From Candidatus Eremiobacteria bacterium (GTDB lineage Bacteria; Vulcanimicrobiota; Vulcanimicrobiia; Vulcanimicrobiales; Vulcanimicrobiaceae), in assembly GCA_963737065.1 (NCBI GenBank), contig CAVTRC010000002.1, positions 64,001 to 128,000 of the forward strand: a stretch of 64,000 nucleotides of DNA. The letters are read 5' to 3'. The position numbers and the translations under genes are program-made. Each line of letters opens with the position of its first letter. The first letter of the stretch is position 1. The notes beneath the pieces are model-generated. The model saw nothing but the letters and a program-made list of their open reading frames with translations, was not told where the DNA came from and did not search any database. This document shows, piece after piece, positions 54,251 to 63,846 of the stretch.

Positions 54251-57207
54251 TGCTCGGCGCGTTGGCGTTTGCGGCGCTGCTCGCATCACCGGATTTTGCA
54301 TGGCGCAACGTCGGACCCGCGGGCGGCGGGGGACGCGTTGCCGCCGTCGCGGGGAGTGACCGCGATCCACTGCTCTACTACTTCGGCGCCGCGGGCGGCG
54401 GCGTGTTCAAAACGACAAACGGCGGCCTCACGTGGAATGACGTGTGGCCGTCGTCGTCTGTCGGCGCGCTTGGCGCGCTCGCAGTTGCGCCGTCGAATTC
54501 GAACGTCGTGTATGCGGGGACCGGCGAAGCTGCGCCGCGCAACGATGCGTCGTACGGCGACGGTGTGTGGGTGACGACCGACGGAGCAAAACGCTGGACG
54601 CACCGTGGACTCGAAGAAACCTACGCGATCGCCCGCATTGTCGTCGATCCGCACGATCCGGAGCACGCGCTCGTCGGTGCGCTCGGCGATCCGTTCCGCG
54701 ATTCGACGGCTCGCGGCGTGTATGTCACGACGGACGGCGGCCGAACGTGGCATCATACGTTGTATCCGGGGCCGCAAAGTGGAATCAGCGATCTCGCGCT
54801 CGATTCCTCGCATCCGAACGTCGTATATGCGGGCGTGTGGCAATTCCGCCGCGTACCCTGGACGTTTACGAGCGGCGGACCGATCGACGGCATCTATAAA
54901 TCGACCGATTTCGGCCGCACGTGGCGCAAGCTGCACGGCGCCGGACTGCCCGGCGGAATCATCGGACGCATCGGCATCGCGGTTGCGCCGAGCGATTCCC
55001 GACGCGTCTATGCATTGATACAATCGCGTGCGGGCTTGTTGTGGCGATCGGATGACGCCGGTGCGCACTGGCGTGTGATGTCGTCGAACACGCTCGTCGA
55101 CCAACGTCCGTTCTACATGAGCCGTTTGGAAGTCGATCCAACCAATCGCAATCACGTGTTCTTTGCATCCGAGAACCTCATCGAAACGCGCGACGGCGGC
55201 CGAACGCTCATCGACGACCACGACGCGATTCATCAAGACCACCACGGGTTTTGGATCTCGCGCGACGGCAAGCGGGTCATCGAAGCGGACGACGGCGGCG
55301 CGCCGATTTCCGTCGACGGCGGACGAACGTGGGATTGGCGGTACAATGTCGTGCTCGCTCAAGTCTATCACCTTGGCTACGACGAAGGGGACCCGTACAC
55401 GATCTGCGGCGCATTGCAAGACAACGACTCGTTCTGCGGTCCAAACTTGTCGCTGAGTCCCATTGGGCTGCTCAACGGCGATTGGCGCGATGTCGCGAAC
55501 AACTCGGACGGCGTGTGGGCGTGGCCGCAGCCCGGCCATCCGGATCTCATTTGGAACGACGGCGTGAACGAGTTGAACGGCCAACTCGGCATCTACGACA
55601 TGAAGTCGCGTCAGAACTACGACATTACACCCGACGTCACCGACACGAACGGCCGCGCGCTGGCCGGCTTGCGATACCGGTTCAATTGGGAAGCGCCGAT
55701 CGCGTTTTCAGCACTCGAGCCGGACGCGGCCTTCTTCGGCGCGAACGTCGTCTTCAAGACGCTTGACAGCGGAAGAAGTTGGACTGCGATCAGCCCGGAC
55801 CTCACGCGCAACGATGCCGCGAAACAGCGCCTTGCAGGCGGCCCGATCAACACCGACATCTCGGGCGCCGAATTCTACGACACCTTGCTCGATATCGCGC
55901 CGTCACCGGTCGATGCGAAGGTGATCTGGACGGGAAGCGACGACGGCGTTATTTCGGTGACCCGTGACGGCGGCACGTCATGGAGCAACGTCTCACCGGG
56001 CGCAATCGAACCGTGGGGTCGCGTTGCGTGCGTAGAACCGTCACGCGTTTCGGCGCAGCGAGCGTACGCAGTCATCGATCGTCATCTGCTCGGCGACCGC
56101 CGGCCATACGTTCTCGCGACCGAAGACGGCGGACGCACGTGGCGGCTGATTTCAACGACGCTGCCACGCAACCAGATGGCGCGAGTCGTTCGCGAGGACC
56201 CAGTGAACCCGGATGTTCTCTACGCCGGACTGGAGCAGGGCGTATGGTTTACGCTCGATCGTGGAGCGCATTGGGAATCATTGCGCCTTCACATGCCGCC
56301 GGTTTCGGTTCACGACCTGCGCGTTCAACCGCGAACGCACGATTTGCTTGCCGCATCGCATGGACGCGGGCTATTTATTCTGGACGACGTTGCGCCGATC
56401 GAACAACTCCGGCAGGCGCGCGAGTCGTCGCGACCGGCGCTCTTCCCCGTCCGCGACGCTACATCGTGGTACTACTGGTGGACCTCGGCGTATCCCGTGG
56501 GCGACAACGCGTGTTGCGCGCCTCCCGGAACGTTCTCCGCGCCGGATCCGCCGTACGGCGCCTCGATAACGTATTATCTTCCGCAGGAGCTCCCGCGACC
56601 GCCGTTGATAACGATTGAAGATGAATCCGATCGCAGCGTTCGAACGCTGAGCGGCACAAACGAGCGCGGAATCAATCGCGTTGCGTGGACTCTGAGCGAC
56701 GCGCCGCCGGTGCCATGGCGCAATACGGGAGATTGGAACAAGGGGCCCGATGACGGACCGCCCGTCGTTCCGGGTCGCTATCGCGCCGTCTTGACCGCAG
56801 ACGGCGTAACGCTACAACGAGATTTTTCCGTCGCACCGGATCCGCGTGCGAGGTGGTCGCAAGCAGACTATGTCGCGCGTTATACTTTCCTGAAGAACCT
56901 CGACTATGAACTATCGGAGATCGACACGGCGCTCAATCGTCTCGACGCAATGCGCGCAGGGGCGACGGTCACGAAGCGGCGTGCGATCGAATCGGTCTAC
57001 GGGCAATTGACCTCCGGAGTTCGAAATGCAGAAGATGATCAGTGGATGCCTGATCGTCTTCGCGAGCGTTTGACCATTTTGCAGGGGACGCTCGCGCTTT
57101 CGCAAGGACCGCCGCTTCCGCCGCACCAGCGTGAAGCGGCCGCCATTCGCGCAGAGTTTGATCGAGCGATGCGCGCATACCATGCACTAATGGAGGACCG
57201 CTCATGA
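54250..57207 (+). CDS. Exported VPS10/BNR-repeat beta-propeller protein (glycosyl hydrolase-like)
   Basis: WRNVGP..GGR, many T/S-x-D-G-G-x-T-W Asp-box repeats, ISPDLT, SHGRG. Confidence 0.88.
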   Translation: MLGALAFAALLASPDFAWRNVGPAGGGGRVAAVAGSDRDPLLYYFGAAGGGVFKTTNGGLTWNDVWPSSSVGALGALAVAPSNSNVVYAGTGEAAPRNDASYGDGVWVTTDGAKRWTHRGLEETYAIARIVVDPHDPEHALVGALGDPFRDSTARGVYVTTDGGRTWHHTLYPGPQSGISDLALDSSHPNVVYAGVWQFRRVPWTFTSGGPIDGIYKSTDFGRTWRKLHGAGLPGGIIGRIGIAVAPSDSRRVYALIQSRAGLLWRSDDAGAHWRVMSSNTLVDQRPFYMSRLEVDPTNRNHVFFASENLIETRDGGRTLIDDHDAIHQDHHGFWISRDGKRVIEADDGGAPISVDGGRTWDWRYNVVLAQVYHLGYDEGDPYTICGALQDNDSFCGPNLSLSPIGLLNGDWRDVANNSDGVWAWPQPGHPDLIWNDGVNELNGQLGIYDMKSRQNYDITPDVTDTNGRALAGLRYRFNWEAPIAFSALEPDAAFFGANVVFKTLDSGRSWTAISPDLTRNDAAKQRLAGGPINTDISGAEFYDTLLDIAPSPVDAKVIWTGSDDGVISVTRDGGTSWSNVSPGAIEPWGRVACVEPSRVSAQRAYAVIDRHLLGDRRPYVLATEDGGRTWRLISTTLPRNQMARVVREDPVNPDVLYAGLEQGVWFTLDRGAHWESLRLHMPPVSVHDLRVQPRTHDLLAASHGRGLFILDDVAPIEQLRQARESSRPALFPVRDATSWYYWWTSAYPVGDNACCAPPGTFSAPDPPYGASITYYLPQELPRPPLITIEDESDRSVRTLSGTNERGINRVAWTLSDAPPVPWRNTGDWNKGPDDGPPVVPGRYRAVLTADGVTLQRDFSVAPDPRARWSQADYVARYTFLKNLDYELSEIDTALNRLDAMRAGATVTKRRAIESVYGQLTSGVRNAEDDQWMPDRLRERLTILQGTLALSQGPPLPPHQREAAAIRAEFDRAMRAYHALMEDRS

Positions 57208-60200
57208 CCCAAGGTAGTTGGTTCCGCCGCGTATTCGGCTCTCTGGGCGTCGTCGTACTTGCTATCACGGTTGCGCCGGTCACAGCGTATGCAGGAACGA
57301 CGGGCGCGATCACCGGCACGGTCACCGATGAATCGGGCGCACCGATTGCTGCCGCCAAAGTAACGGCGTCCAGCCCGTCGCAAACGGTAAGCGTCAATTC
57401 CGACGCAGCGGGACACTTCGCGTTTGTTTCACTGGCTCCCGACGAGTACACGATGTCGTCGGACAAGAACGGATACGATCCCCTTTCCGTTGCGGGCGTC
57501 GGCGTCTTCGCGGACCAGACGCAAGTCGTGAACTTGCGGATGCGCAAGACGCTCAAGACGATTGCGCGCGTTACGTCACAAACGGCAGGCACCCTCGTGC
57601 GCGCCGGCACGACGTCCGACGTCTATTCGATTAATTCCGCAGCGCAGGACCGCGCAAGCGTGTTGGGCGGCGGCGGAAATTTGAACAGTGCGTATTCCGC
57701 GATCGCAACCGTGCCGGGTGCGTACGTTCCGACGAATCAAGCGGGATACAATCAAGCCGTTCACGTGCGCGGCGGTGATTCAAGCGAAGTCGGTTATGAA
57801 TTCGACGGCATTCCGGTCAATCGTGGTTTCGACAACTATCCCGCCGGCTCGGCATCGTCGCTCGGTCAAACGGAATTACAAGTGTATACCGGCGCAACGC
57901 CTGCCAACGCGGAAGCGCAGGGCCTTGCCGGCTTCATCAACCAAGTGATCAAAACCGGCACGTATCCGGGATACGGCTCGCTCGACGGGACGATCGGCTC
58001 GCCGACCTTCTATCACAGCCTCAATGTGGAGGCCGGTGGTTCGACACCTGACCGCCGCTTCAGTTATTACGTGGGAGTCGGCGGATTCAATCAAGATCAT
58101 CGCTACATCGATCAATGGAACGGCGAAGCGTACGCGAATGAGTTCGGGAACGTCGCCGATCAATGTCCCGCGCCAGGCACAGGGTACGTGTTGCCGCCAT
58201 CGTGTTTCACGAACGGTGCGCCGAACCTAAGTGCAGGCGGCGCGCCGGGATACATCCTAGGCCCGATGCCGTTCGCCGATCTCGCCGCCGGCGTTCAAGA
58301 TCGCACAACCGTCATGAATTTCCACCTGCGAATCCCGCACGGAACGCAAGGGATCAGCGACGACATCCAATTGCTTTACGACAACGACTCGATTCAGACG
58401 CCGTTGTATATTTCGCCGCTAGATGAGGGCCTGCAGAACTTCCAGGGCAGCACCTATCCACCGGGAACGCTCCCGTATTACGTTGATGCTTTCACGTACA
58501 AAGGTCAGACCGGCTCGCTTTTCAGCGACGCGAATGTCGCTCAGATTCGGCCATACTATTTCCCGTCGTCGCCCACGAACCGGCCGTTTAATAATCCGTA
58601 TAATATTTACACGCTCGGCGAGGCGCCAGCAGCGTTTATCCCGCTCACAACCCGTGACGTCCAGTACAACAATCAGGCAATCGTGAAGCTGCAGTATCAA
58701 CGCAACTTCTCGTCGGACACCTTCCTGAGAGTGTACGGCTATACGTACTATTCCGATTACGTTGGAACGGGCGATGTTTCGTCATGGCAACCATACTCGG
58801 GTTTCGACTCCAATGATTATGCGGTGAACTCACACACGCGCGGCGCGAGCTTGAACTTCACAACGCAGTTGAACGGCAATCATCTCCTGCAATTCGAGGG
58901 TCAGTACGTCACATCGTCGTCACTGCGCGCGAACAATACGTCGATGTACGGTGGAACCGACGGATTCGCCGTGCTCGTGAACCCAAGCGACCTCAAGAGC
59001 GGAACGTGTTATACGCTTCCGACTTCGGGCACTGCAGCAACGACGGCCCCGTGCCGCGCAACGAGCAGCCCGATTGCAGCCAACGTCTATCCGACGTATG
59101 CCTCGCTCTCGGCGTCGGCGACGTTAGGGTATCCGACCGACGGAACGAGCGATCTCAGTACGGCCGGTCTGGCGGGGTTCACCTGCGGCAGCGGACCGTG
59201 CGCCTTGTACACCGTGGAAAGCGGCTTGAACGGCAAATACAATGCTGTGACGCCGAACTTCAGCGGCCTTTCCCTCACCGACGAATGGCGGCCCACCGAC
59301 AAGTGGCTCATCAATCTTGGATTGCGATGGGATCAATACCAGTACGTGGGCGATAACACGACGGCAACTCCGGCGCGCACGTTTTGGTTCAACGCGTTCA
59401 ATCAAGACACGTGTTATGACACGGCCACGCTGACGTTGCTCGATAAATCGACGTTAGAGCCGGGAACGTTCGATGCAAGTACGCCGTGCTCGTCACTCGG
59501 TCCAAATTTAGCAGCCGCGAATTTGCAAAACATCCCAAGCCAGGTGTTCACGTACGACATCGTGCAGCCCCGGCTTGGCGCCACCTACACATTCAATCCC
59601 GACACGGTTGTGCGGGCAAGTTACGGCAAGTACATCGAGCAGCCGTCGGCAGCGTACGAACAATATGACTCGCTGAGTCAAAACTTGCCGGACCAGCTGG
59701 TGCCGTTTTACTCACTCGGGTTCACTACACCGGGTCACGATGTGCGGCCATCGGTTTCGTACAACTACGACTTCTCGTACGAGCGTCATTTCAAGGGTAC
59801 CGACATGTCGCTCAAAATCACCCCCTTCTTGCGCCAGACGCACGATCAAATCGAAAACTTCTATCTCAGCATCAAACAGGGATTCATCTCCGGTTTGAAT
59901 GCCGGAAATCAGACGTCGCAGGGCTTCGAATTGGCCTTTACCAAAGGCGACTTCAACCGGGACGGCTTGGCGGCACAACTCGGTTTCGCGTATACGTATG
60001 CATACTTGAAGTTCAGTCCCCTGGACAACGGCACGACGGTGCTCTCGCCAATCAATGCCGATATTCAAACGTACAACGGCTTCACGTCATACTGCTTCGG
60101 ACATCGCAGCGATGCTCGATGCGGAGTGAACAGCGCAAATGCAGCACCCTGCTACGCGGACGGCGTCGCCGACCCTGCATGCGCTGCGGCCGGTACGATT

Positions 60201-60917
60201 GCAAATCCGTATTGGAATGCGTCGCCGCAAGCGTTGCTCGACCCGAACGGAAAGTATCTGCCCTATTCGACGATTCCCGGCGGCATCGGAACGGGTGTCA
60301 ACGCATACACCTATCCGTACGTCGCGACACTGATATTGCAGTGGAAGCACAAGAAGTTCTCGATTTCGCCGTCCTTCCAGTATGTCGCCGGCAATCGCTA
60401 CGGTGCCCCGGAGACGACCCCCGGCGTTGATCCGACGACGTGTGCGGCGGCGCTGGGATCTGCAGCCGGCGATCCGCGGTATCCCTACGGTGCGTCGGGC
60501 GGTGCATCATACGATGCGACGCAATGCACCGGCACGATCGTGATCCCGGATCCGTACACGCGGCAGTTCGACAACCTTGGCGCGTTCCGTGAACCGGCGC
60601 AGTTGATCGGGCATTTGCGCGTCAGCTACGACTTCACGCCGCGCATCAACGCGACGGTCACGTTCGCAAATCTCCTAAGCACGTGTTTCGGCGGACAGCA
60701 GACCGCGTTCACATATTACGGGAGGAACAACGTCTGCTCGTATGGACCTGTGGATCAAGGTATCGTCGGCCCCGTCGGAAACGATTACAATCCGGGCGAT
60801 AACATACAAACGAACCTGCGGTATCCGTACGAGCCGTCATTCGGAACGTATAACGATGCCACGAGTTCGATCATCAATCCGTTCTCGGTATACTTCGAAT
60901 TGAAACTGCGAGTCTAG
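57204..60917 (+). CDS. TonB-dependent receptor with N-terminal carboxypeptidase-regulatory-like domain
   Basis: Signal peptide, GAITGTVTD..GAP, plug motifs VRGG...DGIP and GFINQVIKTG, LGLRWD, PRLG, aromatic beta strands. Confidence 0.88.
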   Translation: MTQGSWFRRVFGSLGVVVLAITVAPVTAYAGTTGAITGTVTDESGAPIAAAKVTASSPSQTVSVNSDAAGHFAFVSLAPDEYTMSSDKNGYDPLSVAGVGVFADQTQVVNLRMRKTLKTIARVTSQTAGTLVRAGTTSDVYSINSAAQDRASVLGGGGNLNSAYSAIATVPGAYVPTNQAGYNQAVHVRGGDSSEVGYEFDGIPVNRGFDNYPAGSASSLGQTELQVYTGATPANAEAQGLAGFINQVIKTGTYPGYGSLDGTIGSPTFYHSLNVEAGGSTPDRRFSYYVGVGGFNQDHRYIDQWNGEAYANEFGNVADQCPAPGTGYVLPPSCFTNGAPNLSAGGAPGYILGPMPFADLAAGVQDRTTVMNFHLRIPHGTQGISDDIQLLYDNDSIQTPLYISPLDEGLQNFQGSTYPPGTLPYYVDAFTYKGQTGSLFSDANVAQIRPYYFPSSPTNRPFNNPYNIYTLGEAPAAFIPLTTRDVQYNNQAIVKLQYQRNFSSDTFLRVYGYTYYSDYVGTGDVSSWQPYSGFDSNDYAVNSHTRGASLNFTTQLNGNHLLQFEGQYVTSSSLRANNTSMYGGTDGFAVLVNPSDLKSGTCYTLPTSGTAATTAPCRATSSPIAANVYPTYASLSASATLGYPTDGTSDLSTAGLAGFTCGSGPCALYTVESGLNGKYNAVTPNFSGLSLTDEWRPTDKWLINLGLRWDQYQYVGDNTTATPARTFWFNAFNQDTCYDTATLTLLDKSTLEPGTFDASTPCSSLGPNLAAANLQNIPSQVFTYDIVQPRLGATYTFNPDTVVRASYGKYIEQPSAAYEQYDSLSQNLPDQLVPFYSLGFTTPGHDVRPSVSYNYDFSYERHFKGTDMSLKITPFLRQTHDQIENFYLSIKQGFISGLNAGNQTSQGFELAFTKGDFNRDGLAAQLGFAYTYAYLKFSPLDNGTTVLSPINADIQTYNGFTSYCFGHRSDARCGVNSANAAPCYADGVADPACAAAGTIANPYWNASPQALLDPNGKYLPYSTIPGGIGTGVNAYTYPYVATLILQWKHKKFSISPSFQYVAGNRYGAPETTPGVDPTTCAAALGSAAGDPRYPYGASGGASYDATQCTGTIVIPDPYTRQFDNLGAFREPAQLIGHLRVSYDFTPRINATVTFANLLSTCFGGQQTAFTYYGRNNVCSYGPVDQGIVGPVGNDYNPGDNIQTNLRYPYEPSFGTYNDATSSIINPFSVYFELKLRV

Positions 60918-60976
60918 TGAGGAGCGTGGCGGCAGCCGGTCGCGCTGCCGCCCACACTCAGTCTCACGTTGTCTAC

Positions 60977-61005
60977 TTGCGAGGACTCACGGCCTTTGGT
61001 ATCGT
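60977..61005 (+). promoter_or_regulatory. Probable promoter of the tRNA cluster
   Basis: TTGCGA, 17 nt, extended -10 TGgTATCGT. Confidence 0.55.
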
Positions 61006-61059
61006 ACCGTGGTGAGCCGTCCGGGAACGCTTCGGTTCCCGCGTTCAGCGGAACCTCAT

Positions 61060-61144
61060 GGGTAGGTGGTCGAGTGGTTAAAGGCACCGGACTGTAAATT
61101 CGGCGCGCGAAAGCGCTACGCTGGTTCGAATCCAGCCCTGCCCA
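61060..61144 (+). tRNA. tRNA-Tyr(GUA)
   Basis: GGGTAGG/CCTGCCC acceptor, CCGGA-CTGTAAA-TTCGG anticodon arm, long variable arm, TTCGAAT loop, A73. Confidence 0.96.
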
Positions 61145-61157
61145 GAGTTCCCCGCAT

Positions 61158-61231
61158 GCGGGCGTTGCATAGTGGTAGTGCCTCTGCCTTCCAAGCAGAT
61201 AGCGCGAGTTCGATTCTCGCCGCCCGCTCCA
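61158..61231 (+). tRNA. tRNA-Gly(UCC)
   Basis: GCGGGCG/CGCCCGC acceptor, TCTGC-CTTCCAA-GCAGA anticodon arm, U73, encoded CCA. Confidence 0.96.
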
Positions 61232-61264
61232 TCGCGATTTCGAAGTTCAACGCGGAGGCCTGCC

Positions 61265-61498
61265 ATGTGGCAGCCCATCATTCGATCGTATCTCTATGTA
61301 CGGTCGTATTTCATTAGTGCGAAACACGAAGCGCGTCGTCAATTTTCCAAAATTAAAGTGGCCGCAGCGCTCGTTGAAGCAGGTATCGTGTATTTTTTCT
61401 GTTTCGAGAGAACCACAGGTACGATCGTTCTCGCTGAAGATCCGTCGCGAACATTTCATCGCGTCAAAGTAAAGAAGGGCCGATTCGATCCGGCGTAA
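61265..61498 (+). CDS. Putative 77-aa basic protein inside the tRNA cluster
   Basis: GGAGG RBS before ATG 61265; AT-richer than flanks. Confidence 0.45.
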   Translation: MWQPIIRSYLYVRSYFISAKHEARRQFSKIKVAAALVEAGIVYFFCFERTTGTIVLAEDPSRTFHRVKVKKGRFDPA

Positions 61499-61600
61499 TT
61501 ATTTTTAGGCGCTACAGTGCGCATGAGACCGCCGAAGATTTAGCAATGCACCGCTGTGCGGGACGGATGGACCACTTTGGCGTGTATTGTCCGCACAATC

Positions 61601-61745
61601 GCGACTGCTACCTGGTCGCTGTGTAAAAGTCGGGTCAGTGCGATCTCCGTATTGCATCGTGCCAACACGCTCAAGGTACGAAGATCAGAGGGCTGAGCAG
61701 TACTTGACCCGGGAACCTCGGAACGGAAGACAGTAGGTTCGGAGA
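61601..61745 (+). ncRNA. Candidate structured RNA with possible pseudoknot upstream of tRNA-Thr
   Basis: Nested stems 61631-61641/61700-61711 and 61642-61653/61675-61686, GCTCA/TGAGC cross-pairing, GAACCT/AGGTTC hairpin; folded by hand. Confidence 0.4.
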
Positions 61746-61775
61746 CCACCAGCGGAGTATCGTTGGGTGTCCTTT

Positions 61776-61847
61776 GCCGTTGTAGCTCAGTGGTAGAGCA
61801 TTTCCTTGGTAAGGAAAAGGCCACGGGTTCAATCCCCGTCAACGGCT
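61776..61847 (+). tRNA. tRNA-Thr(GGU)
   Basis: GCCGTTG/CAACGGC acceptor, TTTCC-TTGGTAA-GGAAA anticodon arm, short variable loop, U73. Confidence 0.96.
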
Positions 61848-61852
61848 CATGT

Positions 61853-61888
61853 AAAAGAACCCGGCGTCTTTGCGCCGGGTTCTTCGTT
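61853..61888. terminator. Bidirectional terminator after tRNA-Thr
   Basis: AAGAACCCGGCG/CGCCGGGTTCTT inverted repeat. Confidence 0.8.
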
Positions 61889-61927
61889 CGTTGCCGATCA
61901 TTGCGGATCGTCAATTATCGCGGCACG

Positions 61928-62353
61928 CTATTCCATCGTTGCGTTAGTGGCTGCGAACTTGTACACGCCGTTTCGCGCCGTCACTGCTGTGCCGACGATC
62001 GTGCCGTTTTCTACCGTGCCGGTTACGCGCGTCGGATGCGCTGCGCCGATCAGCAAGAACACGTTCGAGCCGCTGATCCCGCCGCTTACAGGGACGAATT
62101 GCGCGATGTTGTCGTCGGTGCGATAGAATCCGCTGACGATGCCGTCTCGCGACGTGCGAATATGAAGCGTGCCGGTCACCGGATAGGCGATATCTTGATT
62201 GATCGGCTGTAGGTTCGTCGAATAGACGACCGTGCGATCCGTATACGTTGAGGCAGCGTAAGCAGTCGCCGGCACGACAACCATTGCGCCTACTGCGAGA
62301 GCGAGCGTTAGAGGCGCCGCCATACGTTGGAAGAATTGGAACAGTGTATTCAC
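61928..62353 (-). CDS. Exported hypothetical protein; start uncertain
   Basis: Signal-peptide-like segment ending AYA followed by a beta-rich mature region. Confidence 0.65.
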   Translation of the reverse strand: MNTLFQFFQRMAAPLTLALAVGAMVVVPATAYAASTYTDRTVVYSTNLQPINQDIAYPVTGTLHIRTSRDGIVSGFYRTDDNIAQFVPVSGGISGSNVFLLIGAAHPTRVTGTVENGTIVGTAVTARNGVYKFAATNATME

Positions 62354-62544
62354 AATTTGTATAACGCGTGCGGCCGCTCGTGCGTTGCGGGAGAACGGAT
62401 CGGCGCACATTCCCACACCGAATTCTCATTAGAAGTTCATGAACGCACTTTAGCGTGCGCGCGGTGCGCGCTCCATATGGCTTAACGCGCTTCGTCCAAA
62501 TCGCCCTTTCCTTACTACATGCAATGACTAGCATCCAAGAAGTA

Positions 62545-63333
62545 ATGGTGACAAAGGTTGCTCGTGGCGTCGGTGTTGCGGCCTTCGCGCTCGCGGCACT
62601 CGCGCTTAGCGCGTGTGGTGGCGGGAGCGGCGGAAGCGGAACGGTCCCGACCTCCGCGCCGACGGCTACACCACCGCCGTTGACGCCCACTCCACCGCCG
62701 ACTCCTACTCCGGGCCCCCCGGGTCCATCATCGGAAAACGTCCTCGCGAGCGAAGGTTCCGTAAACGGAAAACCCGACGCGTATACTCCGACGTTCGGAA
62801 ACATGCCCTCCGGTGGCCAAGGCGCCCCTGTCGACGGCGTCCCATGCATGCCCGTAATGCCGAATGCCTATCACATTCATGTGTTCCTCGGTGTGTATGA
62901 CAACGGCACGTACGTTGCATTGCCGTATGGAACCGGAATGGTGAACCCGCAACCGCCGGTAAACGGCTTCGTGGGCTCGGCGCAGTGTTTCTACTACAAT
63001 CACACGCACGACTCGAGCGGTATCATACACATCGAAGATCCGGATCTCACGGGCGCGCCGATCTCGCAGTCGCTCTACACGCTAAAAACGTATCTCGATA
63101 TTTGGGGCGTTACGGCGGACGCGACGCATTTCGGTCCGTTCCGCGGGCCCGTCCGTGTTTTCACTTCCGGTCAGGTGTTTCTGCCGCCGGGCAGCGCAGT
63201 CGTCCACGCGAGCACGTACGCGTTTTACGGTCCGAACCCGACGAACATCCCGCTCTATTCGCACGAAGTCATCTGGGTCGAAGTGGGTCCAAACTTCCCG
63301 GCGTCGCTGCCGAATATACGCTTCTATTACTAA
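62545..63333 (+). CDS. Lipoprotein with Pro/Thr linker and His-rich domain
   Basis: Lipobox LSAC; YHIHVFL and HTHDSSGIIHIE motifs. Confidence 0.75.
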   Translation: MVTKVARGVGVAAFALAALALSACGGGSGGSGTVPTSAPTATPPPLTPTPPPTPTPGPPGPSSENVLASEGSVNGKPDAYTPTFGNMPSGGQGAPVDGVPCMPVMPNAYHIHVFLGVYDNGTYVALPYGTGMVNPQPPVNGFVGSAQCFYYNHTHDSSGIIHIEDPDLTGAPISQSLYTLKTYLDIWGVTADATHFGPFRGPVRVFTSGQVFLPPGSAVVHASTYAFYGPNPTNIPLYSHEVIWVEVGPNFPASLPNIRFYY

Positions 63334-63403
63334 GCTTGAAGCGCTCGAAAGCAGCGGCCTCAACTTTACGTGAGGCCGCTCTTCGGTTTGCTGCGATGCC
63401 GCA

Positions 63404-63727
63404 TTATCGAATGGTGGTGGTCCGGCTTCCGCCGCGAAGGCCGAACAAGCCGATCAATCCCAGTAACCCGAGCCATCCCCAGTTACCCGAATTGCCGGCG
63501 GCATTCGTGGTCGTCGACGTCATCGTGCCGGTCGTCCCGTTCGCAGCAGCGGCGGCGGGCGAGCCGGTTACGGCTGCAGCCGGCGATCCCGTGACCGCCG
63601 TGCCGGGCGCGGATGTGTCCGTAGCCGGCGACGAGGTATTCATCGCTTGCGCGGCCGCTTCCATTGGAACGGCGATCGCGAGTAACGCGAATGCCAGCGA
63701 TGCCGCAAGTTTACGTGAGCCTCTCAT
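63404..63727 (-). CDS. WGxxGxxG C-terminal domain protein
   Basis: Signal peptide, Thr/Ala-rich body, NWGWLGLLGLIGLFGLR tail; GAGGAGG RBS. Confidence 0.85.
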   Translation of the reverse strand: MRGSRKLAASLAFALLAIAVPMEAAAQAMNTSSPATDTSAPGTAVTGSPAAAVTGSPAAAAANGTTGTMTSTTTNAAGNSGNWGWLGLLGLIGLFGLRGGSRTTTIR

Positions 63728-63846
63728 CGTGCCTCCTCATGTAATGTCTACACGAACATGTATCCCGAAACGGTCCGGCTAAACGTACGGGATATCGCTT
63801 CCTCGCTATGCGAATCCGGTGCGTTATTACCGGCGTTACTAGACAT

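Noticed and set aside
60928..60952. Intrinsic terminator after the TonB receptor
   Set aside because: A good 9-bp stem but no U-tract on either strand, so function is unsupported
46175..61000. Genomic island between sigH and the tRNA cluster
   Set aside because: Accessory-type content, but no integrase, att duplication or obvious compositional shift
61631..61740. Canonical TPP riboswitch
   Set aside because: No GAU junction or P5 stem-loop, UGAGC instead of UGAGA, and the downstream gene is a tRNA
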